Origin: Anthoceros angustus | Taxonomy: Eukaryota > Plantae > Anthocerotophyta | Length of the DNA stretch: 64,000 nucleotides | Direction of reading: 5' to 3' | Assembly: GCA_010909165.1 (NCBI GenBank) | Contig: MU008176.1 | Coordinates: 248,001-312,000, forward strand | Shown here: positions 46,574-63,691 of the stretch, in pieces | How the letters are laid out: each line of letters starts with the position of its first letter | Numbering within the stretch: the stretch's first letter is position 1 | The notes under the pieces: generated by a model | The model's database searches: none | What the model saw: only the letters and a program-made list of their open reading frames with translations | Told to the model about the DNA's origin: nothing | Translations under genes and position numbers: made by a program

Positions 46574-47412
46574 TCGGTGTATCTTTCAATCCATAAAAAT
46601 ATCCTTTGAATTGCAAATCATAGAAGTACATGGATAGATCTAGATGTCATGGCATAGACTGACAAGAGGCTCTGTACATAATAAAGTTGTAGGCTGTGTA
46701 TCTAAGACGGCATGATAGATGATGCCAGGGGTGCATGGCATGTGTATGTGCATGTGACCGATGTATGTCATGTGGCATGTGGATGGATGTATGGCATGTG
46801 GTATGTGGATGGGCATGGACATAAGGATTTGTCCATAAATATTAGTCTTAGAATATTAGGATTAATATTTAAAGGATAAAGAATATTTATACAATAGATA
46901 TGCAAGAGACTATAAATATTATGTAGCGTAATATCGAAATAAAAGAAATGTGGTAGCGAGATAAAGAGCCCACACAAATTATCTTGTTGATAATAAAGAT
47001 AGACATACTTGTCCCACATCTTGTCCTTCTTTCCTCGCATCTTGTGGGTTGCCACCAGCATCTCGTGTGGTCGATCACTGTCATGGATTAGGATTTTGCC
47101 TAGTTCTTCTTTTACTTTGTAGTTAGCTGATAAGCCTATTTTGGAGGCTTACCCGAACCGTGAAGCTCAGTGCTTCACAAAATTTGACATGAGCCATGAC
47201 CTAATGTGGCCATGGACAGCTATGCTGCCTCACGGTGGGACATAGACGCCCTATAAAAAGTTGTTTGGATTGCAAATCATAGAAGTACATAGATAGATGT
47301 AGCCCCCCTCTCCGACCCACTAACTATGTACTTCCTATTAGTGATGCAGAAAATGGGAAAGAGAACAGTAGCTGGTGTGAACTCTTGTAGAAGACCGAAG
47401 CCATTCAAAACC
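46574..47412 (-). pseudogene. Two old, AT-shifted relics of WDR5 exon 2 upstream of the intact gene (46574-46632 and 47230-47412)
   Basis: tcggtgtatctttcaatccataaaaatatcctttgaattgcaaatcatagaagtac aligns to 44972-45032. ccgacccactaactatgtacttcctattagtgatgcagaaaatgggaaagag aligns to 45043-45092. Identity is about 70% by eye. Confidence 0.7.
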
Positions 47413-47760
47413 AGTTTTTTGACCCAAGTTCTTTAACGTTGTGCACCATTTTTGTATGATATTGATATATGTGAGGGTGACCTATGATTGAGAGTTTCTA
47501 AAGAAACTCACAAACCCTATAGAAACGAGGGCCATTACTATTTGACTACTCATATGATGGTTTAGGCTTTTAGCACGTCGGAAATGTTTTTTTAATGCCT
47601 TATTCTTTTCATAAAAAAATATTTCAATCAAGATCTTTTTTCAAAATAATTTATTTTGAAGAAAGTCCTTCATCAAAATGGACTCTAAGGATTGTTGATG
47701 TTTAATTGTTGCTTCTATCGTGATAGTAAAGCTAAGTGGAGCCAAAGATACTCATCCCAC

Positions 47761-52521
<4,761 letters not shown>

Positions 52522-53019
52522 ACTCTAGTACATTCTTTCATTCTAGATTGATTTAGATTGTGTTTAATTAACAAGGAAGGTGGCGGTCTTGCAAGTTCGT
52601 TCTTTTGGTCGTGCCTATGCGTTATGGGGTTTAGGGCAGTAAAGTTTGCGGAGTTGCAAAAAAGCAGCTCTTCTGAAATTGTGCATTTTGGAATTTAAGC
52701 TTTCAAACGCGCTGCTCGTGCTAGTTCACAGAGTTCGCGAACATCGCAATTTGTCAACATTTTCCAATTTCTCTTTTCAGTTCACGAACCAGTTCAATCC
52801 TTCCGACGTGAGTATCCAACCAAAATTGTTAGGGACTCAGGACTTAACTAATCTATTAAAATGAATATTATACTTAAATTATGCCATATTCTATTGTATT
52901 GGGAACTAAGAGATTACCCCCTTAATATACAAAAGGCTAAATGAGAAACCTTCCTAATTGGTGAGTGAGAACTTTTAAAAACTTAGATTAAGATTGAGCA
53001 AGAGGATTTATTTTACATA

Positions 53020-54505
53020 AGTTTCCACGCCCATCTTAGTCCTCATCAGTTTGGGATTGCTACGTCGGGGGGCTGTGGGTCTGTGGCTTTTGGGGTGGAG
53101 GCGGTTCTCGAGACCCACCTGATTGGGTTGCTTTTTAGGTCGACGTGGAGAATGCCTTCAACTCTGTCTCACGATCGGCCATCTTCGATGAGCTCAAGAA
53201 CGCAGGTGGGCAGCTGGCCAGCCTTATTCCTTTTGTCCGTTATGGGTCTCCTTCCAACCTCTATTATCACCATGGCCCCTTGGTGGAAGGGGTCTCTGTG
53301 CTGAGCTCGACAACGGGCACTAGGCAAGGTGACCCTCTGGGGGGTGCTCTCTTTGCCATGGCGCATTTCAGGGATTTGTCTTCTACTGCCTCTGTGTGGG
53401 AATGCTTGTATCCGTCTGTGGCCAACGATACCCATATTCTTGGGCCTGGAGACAAGGTTAAAGTGGCATTTGATTTCTTCGCAGCTCCCGCCCCGTTTGA
53501 AGGTCAAAATCATCAACCGCAGGTTTGGTCTCTCGCTGCAGTGCCTTTTCTCCAGATCCGAGGGGATATTGCTTCTCCGCCGGGGCTTCGGGTTCTTGGT
53601 GTCCCGATTGGGCCTCCTGCCTTCACCTGGGATTATGTGGACGCGGCTTTGGCTAAGGATTTGGCGCACATCGATGACCTTTCTCAACTGGGAGACCCGC
53701 AAGTGGCATTTGGGATCCTCTCCTTTTGTTTTGCGCGCCGGCCAGGGTACCTTCTCTGAACGGTTGCCCCCTCCCCGGTTTTCCTGTCTAGCCTAAGGAA
53801 TTTCGAAAGCGCCTGTGTGTTTTAGGCGACATCATCGGCCCAGCACCTTCAATGTGCGGCCGGGATCTTAAGCGCGACCCTTCCCATCGCTTTTGGGGCA
53901 CCGTCCGGCCACGAAGGCCTCCGCACTAGCGGCTTTCTTAGGGAGCTGGGCCTCCCGCCCCAATCTTGTCCTCCTGCTTTAATTCGGCATTCACATATCC
54001 TCGGAGGCTTTTGTCATGCTGACGAGGGACTTTTCCCATGCAGCCTCACTAAGATTAGCCTGAGACTCTTTATCCTCCAAGGCGAGGGCTGCTATGTCTT
54101 TTCCTCGCTCGAGGTTGGGCTCGGGCTTCAGCGTCCCCTCACGGAGAAATAGTACGGGCAGCGCAATTGGCCCTCCTTGGATTCCTCCATTTCTAGGCCC
54201 ACTCTAGTCTCCGCTGCTCGGAAGGGGGTTCACGGCTCGGCTCGACCTAGTATTCAGCGCCGCATCGCACCAAGAACTTTTCCACCGCGATGCATTTTCG
54301 CCTTGGCTTGGTCCATCCTCCGCTTGCTCTCTTTCTACTTGTAGGCGGGCTCCTCTTGATGACTCGGGACGCACTTGGCTCACCGTCGGGGTGGCAACGA
54401 TCGCTACACATGACGCCGGACGCGTCATGTTCTCTATTGCTAGGGGCGGGTTCCTTCCATTTAGGGCGCCTTTCACCTTGCTCAGGGGTTTCGCAAGGCG
54501 TGGAC
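53020..54505 (+). mobile_element. 5'-truncated RLE-type non-LTR retrotransposon (CRE-like): RT, thumb and CCHC part
   Basis: HQFGIATSGGC, VDVENAFNSVSR, TGTRQGDPLGGALF, SVANDTHI (degenerate xADD), GLRVLGVPIG, GDPQVAFGIL, AAFLGSW, then a degenerate CCHC region (LDDSGTHL...THDA) at about 54325-54420. Confidence 0.85.
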
Positions 54506-57500
54506 TACTGGACTTCCCTGGGGTTAGAAAATAGGTAGGGTTTGTTTTTTGGAGGATGAAGGATAGAATGAGGCGAAAAGGAGGAAATAAGCCCTGCTAG
54601 CACTGACGGCACTCCGGAGTATATACCGACCGGAGTGAGGAACGCGTCCCACGATGGCGCACGGTAAGTCCCGGACCCACCTGTGACCGTGCAAGATAAG
54701 TACGCCAGGAAAGTAACTTAGAAGTTGGAACGTATGAGGATGGGCGACGCCACGTGGACGACCCCGAGTGGAGGACGGCATGCGCCGGGTCAGACCGTGA
54801 ACTTGCCGTGAGGCCGTTATAGCAGTATTCACGCCCGCGCCGCGCTGCGAGGGCCGAGGCACACGCGCGAGTAAGGCCGAGTACGCGGCAGAGGGGCCGA
54901 GTAAGCCATGCACTCGGCCACGGACAGTGGAAGAGGCGCCCCGCCCACGGTTACTCCCAAGGCGTGGTCGCGAAGAAGGTCATGCCGCCGAGACAATCCG
55001 CGATCTCGCGCCCGCAACCGGGCGGTATCTCGTGGACACTGGACGCCTCGCGCGCGGCTCACCGCTGAGGCCTGGAAGCGAACGCGCGAAGGAGGCTCAA
55101 CGCGCCAGCCTCCGACAAGCGGCCATGACCAAGGGAGGAGAAGGCGATGGCACCCAAAAGCCCGCGAAGTTTGGGAGCCATGGAACCTTGTGGAGCGCAA
55201 CATTGTGACCCGCGCTATCCGGACTTTGGGCTGCCCGTGAAGCGGAGAATTGGTGGGTGAGTGGCATTTGGACGTGTTCCAAATGGTCCGGACATTTGAC
55301 ACCACTGTCCGGAGTTTGCCCTAAGATGCCGGGCGGGCGGTCAACAAGGAGGTGCGGTCCAAGAACCTCCGAGAGACCCAAGGCGATGGACCTTGAGGTC
55401 CCGGCGGCCTACAACCGCCCCAAGGAGGAAGAGGGGAGTGGTGCCGAGCCCTCAAGGCGGGGAAGATAGGTCAGCCAGCACCGATGCTAAGGCTCGACGA
55501 ACGGACCACCAACGGTTGGTCGATATCCGACCTGGACCGAGTCGTGGCGTGGCCCGATCATCGCCCATCGGAACCACTCACCAAGGTGGATCACCTTGGT
55601 GATAATCTATTGGTGTTCCCGCACGCGCTGGGGAAGAGGGCTGGATCAAGGATTATCTTCGCTTAGCTGTGAAGCTCGCAAGCCTGTGGAGCGAGAAGCC
55701 TCGCCATCTGGCTCCCCATACCGATCCATGTATGGGGGCATTTCAACTCCTCGGAAGGAGAGCTTGAGCGAGGCCCAAAGGACCGGAGGCCCTCCCAAGT
55801 GGAGCGGCAAGGGCGCCGGAGGGAGGAGGCGACAAAACCAAACGGGGAGGAGGACGATCGAGGATTCCGACCCATACGCCGAACGGACCCCTCACCACCT
55901 GTGGAAGTATGGGAAGCACCCCGCCTCCTCCTTCCGTGCCCCAACTGTAATCACCCAGAAGCGCCCCACAGCCCCGCCACCGCCATCACCCGAGGAGCCC
56001 CGACTGTGAGAGAGTCAAGAAACGCAAGACCACGGCCACCAACGCTGACCCGCCGGTGCCAAGATTCTTCCCCGACGGAGTGGCAAGAAGCGAGGAAGTG
56101 AAGGAGGGCGTAAAGGACGCCGCCTGTGGACCTTGAGGTCAAGGCGCCTACAACCGCCCCAAGGAGGAAGAGGGGAGGGTGCCGGAGCCCCTCAAGGCGA
56201 AAGATAGATAGCCACAGAAGATGCTAAGGCTCGACGAACGACCACCAACGGGTCGATATCCGACCTGCTGGACAATGAGTCGGGGCCCGGATCATCGCCC
56301 ATCGGAACCTACTCACCAAGGTGGATCACCTTGGTGATAATCTATTGTGTTCCCGCACGGCTGGGGAAGAGGGCGACTGGGAGGATTATCTTCGCTTAGC
56401 TGTGAAGCTCGCAAGCTGTGAGCGAGAAGCCTCCATCTGGGCCCCCATACCGATCCATGTATGGGGGCATTTCAACTCCTCGGAAGGAGAGCTTGAGCGA
56501 GCGCCCGGAAAGGACCGGAGGCCCTCCTGGAGCGGGCAAGGGCGCCGGAGGAGGAGGAGGCCGACAAAACCAAACGGACTGGAGGAGGACGATCGAGGAT
56601 TCCTGACTCCATACGCTGAACGGACCCCTCACCACCTGGAAGTATGGGAAGCACCCCGCCTCCTCCTTCCGTGCCCCAACCGTAATGCCCACAGAGAAGG
56701 GCCTACCGGCCACCGGCCATCACTCCTACCGAGGAGCCCACGACTGTGAGAGAGCCAAGAAACGCAAGACCACGGCTACCAACGCTGCACCCTGGGCCGG
56801 CCAAGATTCTCCCCGCCGACGAGTGGCAAGAGAAGCAAGAAGGAGGGCGAAGGACGCCTGTGAGCGGAGGACACCGCCAGCCAGATCCAGAGCCGGCCCC
56901 GCCGATGAAGGGGCAAAGGGCGGCTCCTGACTCCATCACCTCCGCCGAGCCCTGTGGAGGAAAAGGGCGAGAAGGAGCTCGCGCCAAAAGGGCCAAGGAG
57001 GGGAAGCCCGAGCCAAGACTCGTGACCTAAGGGTCCCGATTGTCCGGAGAACCCGGTCTGCCCCGATCAAGATGGAGGTCCTGACGACGGAGATGCCGGC
57101 CCCGCAACGGACTTTGTGGGAGCCTCACTCAGCCGGAGGAAACACGGTCCTGCCACTGCCATGGAGGGTATGCCTGGTCTCAAGGCGGATGGCCGAGAAG
57201 GCCTGTGGAGGTGGAAGCCACCCGAGGGCATGGTGCTCCTCCAGAGCAGCTGGAGGGAGCCCAGAGGCGAGAAGGAAGGTCAAGCTCAGGATTGAGGAAG
57301 GAAAACGCCGGGAGGCGGAGAGGGAGGTTTGGTCCATCCGCAAGGACCGGACTAAATTCCTTCAGGAGGAATAAAGGCAGCCAAGGAGGCCCAAGCGGGC
57401 GGAGGACCTCAGCAGTGAGCGAGCGCAGCAGAAGCGGACGCGCAACGGGCGCTGGATCTCGCGAGGCAGCCTGACCGACCAGAGCCAAGTCGGAGAGGCT

Positions 57501-59716
57501 CGTGAAAGGTGGCGGAGGCCACGGCCGCGATCACTATCGGCGTGATCGAACCGTGGAGAGAGGCGCCGAGAGAGCCGCGCCAATCAAGGCCGAGCAAGTG
57601 GCGCAGCAAGCCAGTCGGCCGTGAGGCGGAGGCCGGCACCGGGAGATTGGGGACCCTGTGCACGCAGGAGGTAGAAGGGCGCAGGAGCCGGAGGACAACA
57701 AGGACACCTTGGAGTTGCAACCCAAGATGCACGGAGCAGGGGTTCTCAACGAGAGAATCCAAGACTTCGAGCGAGAGGTGGAACGCCCAGCCCGCTTGAA
57801 GACGGAGGAGAACAGGCGTGCAAGGAGTTCGACGCGCAAGGTTGCGCAGGACGTGGCGGAAGCTGTGAGCCTGACGGGATACGCCCGCCCGGAGAAGGAA
57901 GTGGAGGACCTCCGGAAAGAATAGAAGAAGGGGAGGAAGGCAATCGGAGGAAAAGGTACCGTCGTCCGGCCAGGAAGCAGAGAGCTCACCATGGCCATGT
58001 GAAATCAAGTGAGTCAAGCAACGACGGAGGAGGAGAACGCCGAGCAGCAGCAAGGTTGCAAGAGGTAACTGAGGCAGCCTTGACGGCCTCAAGGGAGTCC
58101 GCCCGCTACAGTAAGCTTGGCCACGGAGACAAAGCCAAGTGGGCGATCCGCCTGCCACGAGCACCTGAGGAGGGAGTGTGCCCGGCTCATGTGGAGGAGG
58201 CGATTCAAAGTCGATTCGACCGCTTACTACCACGCAGAGCTCCTCAAGGCCTCGAGGTCCCGCGCCACCCCAGGCAGGAGGGTGGACTTAAGGGATGGAA
58301 GGAGGAGCGAGAGGACGGACCCGGGACAAAGACAACCGCTGGAGTCCTAGGAGCGCCTGCTTGACGAGCAGGCAGCAGGCGAGAGCAGGGAGGAACCGGA
58401 GGAGGAAGGCGCCACACCGAGGTAAGTTTCAAGACCTCGCATGGAAGGACGAGGGAGGATCTTGAGAGGAAGGAAAGGTGCAACCGGCATTCGGGAACCA
58501 AGGGAGGGCTCTGGATGAACCCGTGACCAGCGAGGAGGCATGCCCAGAGTCGAGGGTCCTGACTTTGTCCTGACTCGAGGAAAGGCCGATCCCGAGGTCC
58601 GGAAGTCCGACTTAGGGATCCAGACTCAGTGACGAGTCCGACCCCGAGGTCCGACCCTGTGGAAGGGTTGGGTCCAAGACCGACCTCAGAGGCCGCCCGG
58701 CCCCGAGGACCTGACTCAAAGAAGGCCGCCTGTGAGACCGGACCTAGAGGGAAGACTGACCTAGAGGTCCGGACCGAGTCGAGACAGGGTCCCGAGGTCC
58801 AAACTCGGGAGTGGGGAGAGCCACCACCACCAACCCCAGCAGATCCAACTTGAGGGCCCACCGCGCAGGGCCCGCCAGAGAGAGAAGAGGGAGGACGAGA
58901 AGACTTGGTGGTGGCCGTTGTCGAGGCCCGGTGGCTGACAGACCCTCGGGAAGAGGAAGGGTCCGGATCATCCGATTGGCGCGCCGGGCTGTGGCTTGGG
59001 CCGTGCCAAGAAGGAATGAGGGGCTATCCACCCCACCACCGACGGCGCGATAGGTGAATAGGTGGTAGTAGGCGGTTAGGTACCCGAAATGGCCTCACTA
59101 ATAGAGGTGTAATAAAGGCGCCGACCTTCGAGTATAAGAGGGCTAAGGCCGCCTCAATAAATCATCTTTCTCTTGGTGTTGATGCCGCTCTGCACCTTTG
59201 TGTGTCTTCTGCTAACGTGAGTCCCGAGTCACCGAAAGGTGCACGATACCCGGGAGATTGATCGGTCCCGTGACGACCTAACGCGTTGTGGTGTGTGTGG
59301 AAGGGTGATCGGTGACCCGTGTCCCGAGCCGCGCCCAAAGACCGAACGGACCGAACGTGAGCCGGAGGAACTCCGGAGGGCGGCAGAGCCCGGACGGAGA
59401 GGCCCGAACGACGAGGAGGTCCGACTGTAACCCGCGCTGCTTTTCTAAGAGAGGAGTGTAGCGTGAGGGAGAGAGGAAAGGACCGATGTGAGTGACGGAT
59501 GTGAACGATACGACGCGAACGGTCTCAAACGCTTGGCCATACCGGCCTCAGACGGTGAACGCTGGAGTAGTTAGAGTATGTGTGTTGAGATCAACGAGCG
59601 CATGCGGTAGGAATCACCAAACGCTGTAAACGGAGCCTATCATTCCCTTTGGGAACGGACTTCTTCCTACAACGACATCGGATTGCGCGCGCTGGCCATC
59701 AGAAAGTCGCGCCACA
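54506..59716 (+). mobile_element. Unclassified 5.2-kb GC-rich insertion with frameshifted coiled-coil-like ORF remnants
   Basis: Separates the two halves of the LINE. Candidate 5-bp TSD TGGAC at 54501-54505 and 59717-59721. Charged helical ORF pieces such as LNERIQDFEREVERPARLKTEENRRAR. No RT, integrase or transposase motif and no convincing LTR or TIR were seen. Confidence 0.55.
55387..56862. repeat. Tandem duplication of about 740 bp within the insertion
   Basis: tggaccttgaggtc...caaggaggaagagggga at 55387 and 56127. The two units differ mostly by small indels. Confidence 0.9.
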
Positions 59717-60264
59717 TGGACCTATTTTGACTGGAGGGATCGGTTTGATTCTGTCGATGTGGTTGTAACCGATCCCACCGGGAGAAGCGCCTGCGAACAT
59801 GTTATTCTTAACCCTCCAGTTGGGCGGGCGGAGGGATGCGCGATGGCTAAGGTCCACAAGTACTCTCCTATGCAGATCCATGCGTCCCTTGCCATTGAGA
59901 CTCACGGAGCCATGGGCAAGGATTTCTCTAGGTTCGCCAAGGCTGCGCCAATGCTTATCATAGCAGCAGAAATGGGGTTGGCCTCCCCTTTCTATTGTTG
60001 TTTCTTCCCAGAGGGTTTCCATCACTCTGCAGAGGGTGTTCAATGCAGATATAGAACGACAGAAAAGTGGGAGATGCGGCTTCGACATCGGTGGTGGGTA
60101 GGCCTTTTCACATCCCCGACTAGTTCTCACGGGTTGGTAGTTTTGAAATGCGTGATCGTGGGGCTAGTCCCGGCATTGTGCCCTTCGTTGGGTTTTTCCC
60201 TTTGTTTTGGGTGGATTGGTTTTTCCATCTCTTTTTATAATAAGTCTTCTTTCCGTTTGATAAA
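59717..60264 (+). mobile_element. 3' part of the CRE-like LINE: restriction-like endonuclease domain and 3' UTR
   Basis: DVVVTDPT, A..K..KY and LAIETHGAMGKDF motifs, followed by a T-rich 3' UTR ending TGATAAA. Confidence 0.8.
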
Positions 60265-62046
60265 GTGACATATTGCCGAGTTGGTTGGAGATGGGTTGGT
60301 TAGAGATCATGATGACAAAGTTGTGGTAACTCGACGGGGTCCATACGGTTGAATGAAGGTAACGTCTTCAAGAGGAGACTGTCGTTGTGATGCGTCAACT
60401 CGCACTTAAGCGTCCAAGGGGACGAGCTGAGATGGAGCTTGGCGGAGGAGGTGAGATTGGCCCTCCTGTGCAACCGCCAACGGGACGAGGTGAGATTGCC
60501 GCTGCTGTGCAACCGCCACGTGCACGACTTCAGACTGGCGTCGCTATGCAACCCCAGTGAGCATCCAAGTCCTGATCATACATTGCCCCGTTCCGCGGAC
60601 CCGTCGATGCAAGATATTCATCGTGCCTTTGCAGCAAGGCATAGTTTAGGAGAAGGCGAGGAGAGCTTGCTCATACTTTGCCGACTTCCGCGGATGCATC
60701 TGCGGTAGATGTTCATCGTGCCTTTGAGACAAGACACCATTTGTGAGAATGTAGAGAACTGCTGGCCAAGACGTGGATGAGGAGTTTCTCAAGCAAGCTT
60801 GAGTGTCCCATTGCTTGTGAAGATTTTTGCAGCTCTTGGCCTTCCGCAACTTTCACTTTTGCAGCTCTCAGTTTCTCCATTCCTGTTAGGATTTTGTCTT
60901 CACGAGGTGCTCAGTTCTCATGCATGTCCATAGCTTTGCCGTGAAGGATGGGTGTAAAAGAAACTGTGCTGCTGCAAAAGCGAACTCTTGAACAGTCTTG
61001 CAACGTTAATCCAGTTGTCCGGGAACTTGAACTTCTAGGTCCAGTTACAGCAATTTCTGCTTTTGTTGCTGTTGTCCTTCATACGGTTATTGGCCCTTTT
61101 CATTTTAAGGTAGGCTCCTTGGTGAAGGATACAAACTGCGTTGCCTCTACATACTTGGTCCAATGGGACAGGCTGCAGGTTCTCCTCCGCGGGATTGACT
61201 GAGTGTTGTCGGAATTGATACAGAGAGAGAAGAGGGAGGACGAGGAAGACTTGGTGGTGATCGCTGTCGCACCGCTGGCACCCTCGGAAGAGGAAGGGTC
61301 CTCCGCTGGATCATCCGATTGGTGCGTGGCTGTGGCTTGGCCGTGCCAAGAAGGAATGAGGGGCTATCCACCACCCACCACCGCGATAGGTGGAATAGGT
61401 GGTAGTAGGCGGCCGGTTAGGCACCGAAATGGCCCTCAAATAGAGGTGTAATAAAGGCCGACCTTCGGCGAGTATAAGAGGGCTAAGGCCGCCCAATAAA
61501 TCATCTTTCTTGGTGTTGATGCCGCTCTGCACCTTTGTGTGTCTTCTAACGTGAGTCCCGAGTCACCGAAAGGTGCACGGCCCCGGGAGATTGACGGTCC
61601 CGTGACGACCTAACGTGTGTGTGTGTGTGGAAGGGTGATCGGTGACCCGTGCTCCCCGAGCCGCGCCCAAAGACCGAACGGATCGAACGTGTGAGCCGGA
61701 GGAACTCCGGAGGGCGGCAGAGTCTGGACGGAGAGGCCCGAACGACGAGGAGGTCCGGACTGTAACCCGCGCCTTTTCTAAGGTCAAGGAGTGTAGCGTG
61801 AGGAGAGAGGAAAGGACGGATGTGTGAGTGACGGATGTGAACGATACGGACGCGAACGGTCTCAAACGCTTGGCCATACCGGCCCGTGACGGTGAACGCT
61901 GGTAGGAGTATGTGTGTTGAGATCAACGAGCGGTAGGAATCACCAAACGCGGTAAACGGAGCCTATCATTCCCTTGGGAACGGACTTCTTCCTACAACGA
62001 CACGGATTGTGCGCCCGGCTGGCCATCGCGAAAGTCGCGCACATAC

Positions 62047-62627
62047 GACCTATTTTGACTGGAGGGATCGGTTTGATTCTTGATGTGGTTGTAACCGATC
62101 CCACCCGGGAGAGCGTCTGCGAACATGTTATTCTTAACCCTCCAGGTTGGGCGAAGTGAGGGATGCGCGATGGCTAAGGTCCACAAGTACTCTCCTATGT
62201 GATGCCATGTTTTCTGTCCCTTGCCATTGAGACTCACGGAGCCATGGGCAAGGATTTCTCTAGGTTCGTCAAGGCCTGCGCCAATGCTTATCATAGCAGC
62301 AGAAATGGGGTTGGCCTCCCCCTTTCTTGTATTGTTGCTTTCTTCCGGCAGAGGGTTTCCATCACTCTGCAGAGGGTGTTGGCTGACGCAGTATATAGAA
62401 CGACAGCGAGTGCGGGAGATGCAGCTTCTTCGACATCGGTGGTAAGTAGGCCTTTTCACATCCCTGACCACGAAGTTCTTCGGACGGTTGGTAGTTTTGA
62501 AATGCGTGATCGTGGGGGCTAGTCCCCCTGGCATTGTGCCCTTCGTTGGGTTTTTCCCCTTTGTTTTTGGGTGGATTGGTTTTTCCCATCTCTTTTTTAT
62601 AATAAGTCTTCTTTTCCGTTTGATAAA
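62047..62627 (+). mobile_element. Duplicate of the LINE RLE/3' UTR segment
   Basis: LAIETHGAMGKDFSRFVKACA...VAFFRQRVSITLQRVLADAV, the C-terminal motif set of RLE LINEs. Confidence 0.8.
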
Positions 62628-63691
62628 GTGACATATTGCCGAGTTGGTTGGAGATGGGTTGGTTAGAGAGATCATGATGACAAAGTTGTGGTAACTCGAC
62701 GGGGTCCATACGGTTGAATGAAGGTAACGTCTTCAAGAGGAGACTGTCGTTGTGATGCGTCAACCGCCACTTAAGCGTCCAAGGGGACGAGCTGAGATGG
62801 AGCTTGGCGGAGGAGGTGAGATTGGCCCTCCTGTGCAACCGCCAACGGGACGAGGTGAGATTGCCGCTGCTGTGCAACCGCCACGTGCACGACTTCAGAC
62901 TGGCGTCGCTATGCAACCCCAGTGAGCATCCAAGTCCTGATCATACATTGCCCCGTTCCGCGGACCCGTCGATGCAAGATATTCATCGTGCCTTTGCAGC
63001 AAGGCATAGTTTAGGAGAAGGCGAGGGAGAGCTTGCTCATACTTTGCCGACTTCCGCGGATGCATCTGCGGTAGATGTTCATCGTGCCTTTGAGACAAGA
63101 CACCATTTGTGAGAATGTAGAGAACTGCTGGCCAAGACGTGGGGATGAGGAGTTTCTCAAGCAAGCTTGAGTGTCCCATTGCTTGTGAAGATTTTTGCAG
63201 CTCTTGGCCTTCCGCGCAACTTTCACTTTTTGCAGCTCTCAGTTTCTCCATTCCTGTTAGGATTTTGTCTTCACGAGGTGCTCAGTTCTCATGCATGTCC
63301 ATAGCTTTGCCGTGAAGGATGGGTGTAAAAGAAACTGTGCTGCTGCAAAAGCGAACTCTTGAACAGTCTTGCAACGTTAATCCAGTTGTCCGGGAACTTG
63401 AACTTCTAGGTCCAGTTACAGCAATTTCTGCTTTTTGTTGCTGTTGTCCTTCATACGGTTATTGGCCCTTTTCATTTTAAGGTAGGCTCCTTGGTGAAGG
63501 ATACAAACTGCGTTGCCTCTACATACTTGGTCCAATGGGACAGGCTGCAGGTTCTCCTCCGCGGGATTGACTGAGTGTTGTCGGAATTGATACATCGCGT
63601 CCAGACCAGCTCCCGGCATACCAAGTCCACAGTGAGCCCTTGATGGTGAGGAGCAGCGAGGGAAATAATCTTAAGTGTCCTCCTCTGTGGC

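Larger units (their letters stand above)
58878..63594. repeat. Tandem duplication of about 2.35 kb (58878-61221 and 61222-63594) covering the insertion end, the LINE 3' part and the flank
   Basis: Both units start gagagaagagggaggacga and end gtgttgtcggaattgataca. They differ by many 1-3 nt indels. Confidence 0.92.

Noticed and set aside
46640-47084. Recurrent ORFs such as [24 protein letters not shown] (also at 48556, 49702 and 51513)
   Set aside because: Chance ORFs in AT-rich, low-complexity (CATGT-like) sequence; they recur only because the region is duplicated.
57409-58861. 274-aa and 205-aa minus-strand ORFs in the insertion
   Set aside because: Leu/Ser/Pro-rich mirror translations of purine-rich plus-strand sequence; the plus strand is the more protein-like.
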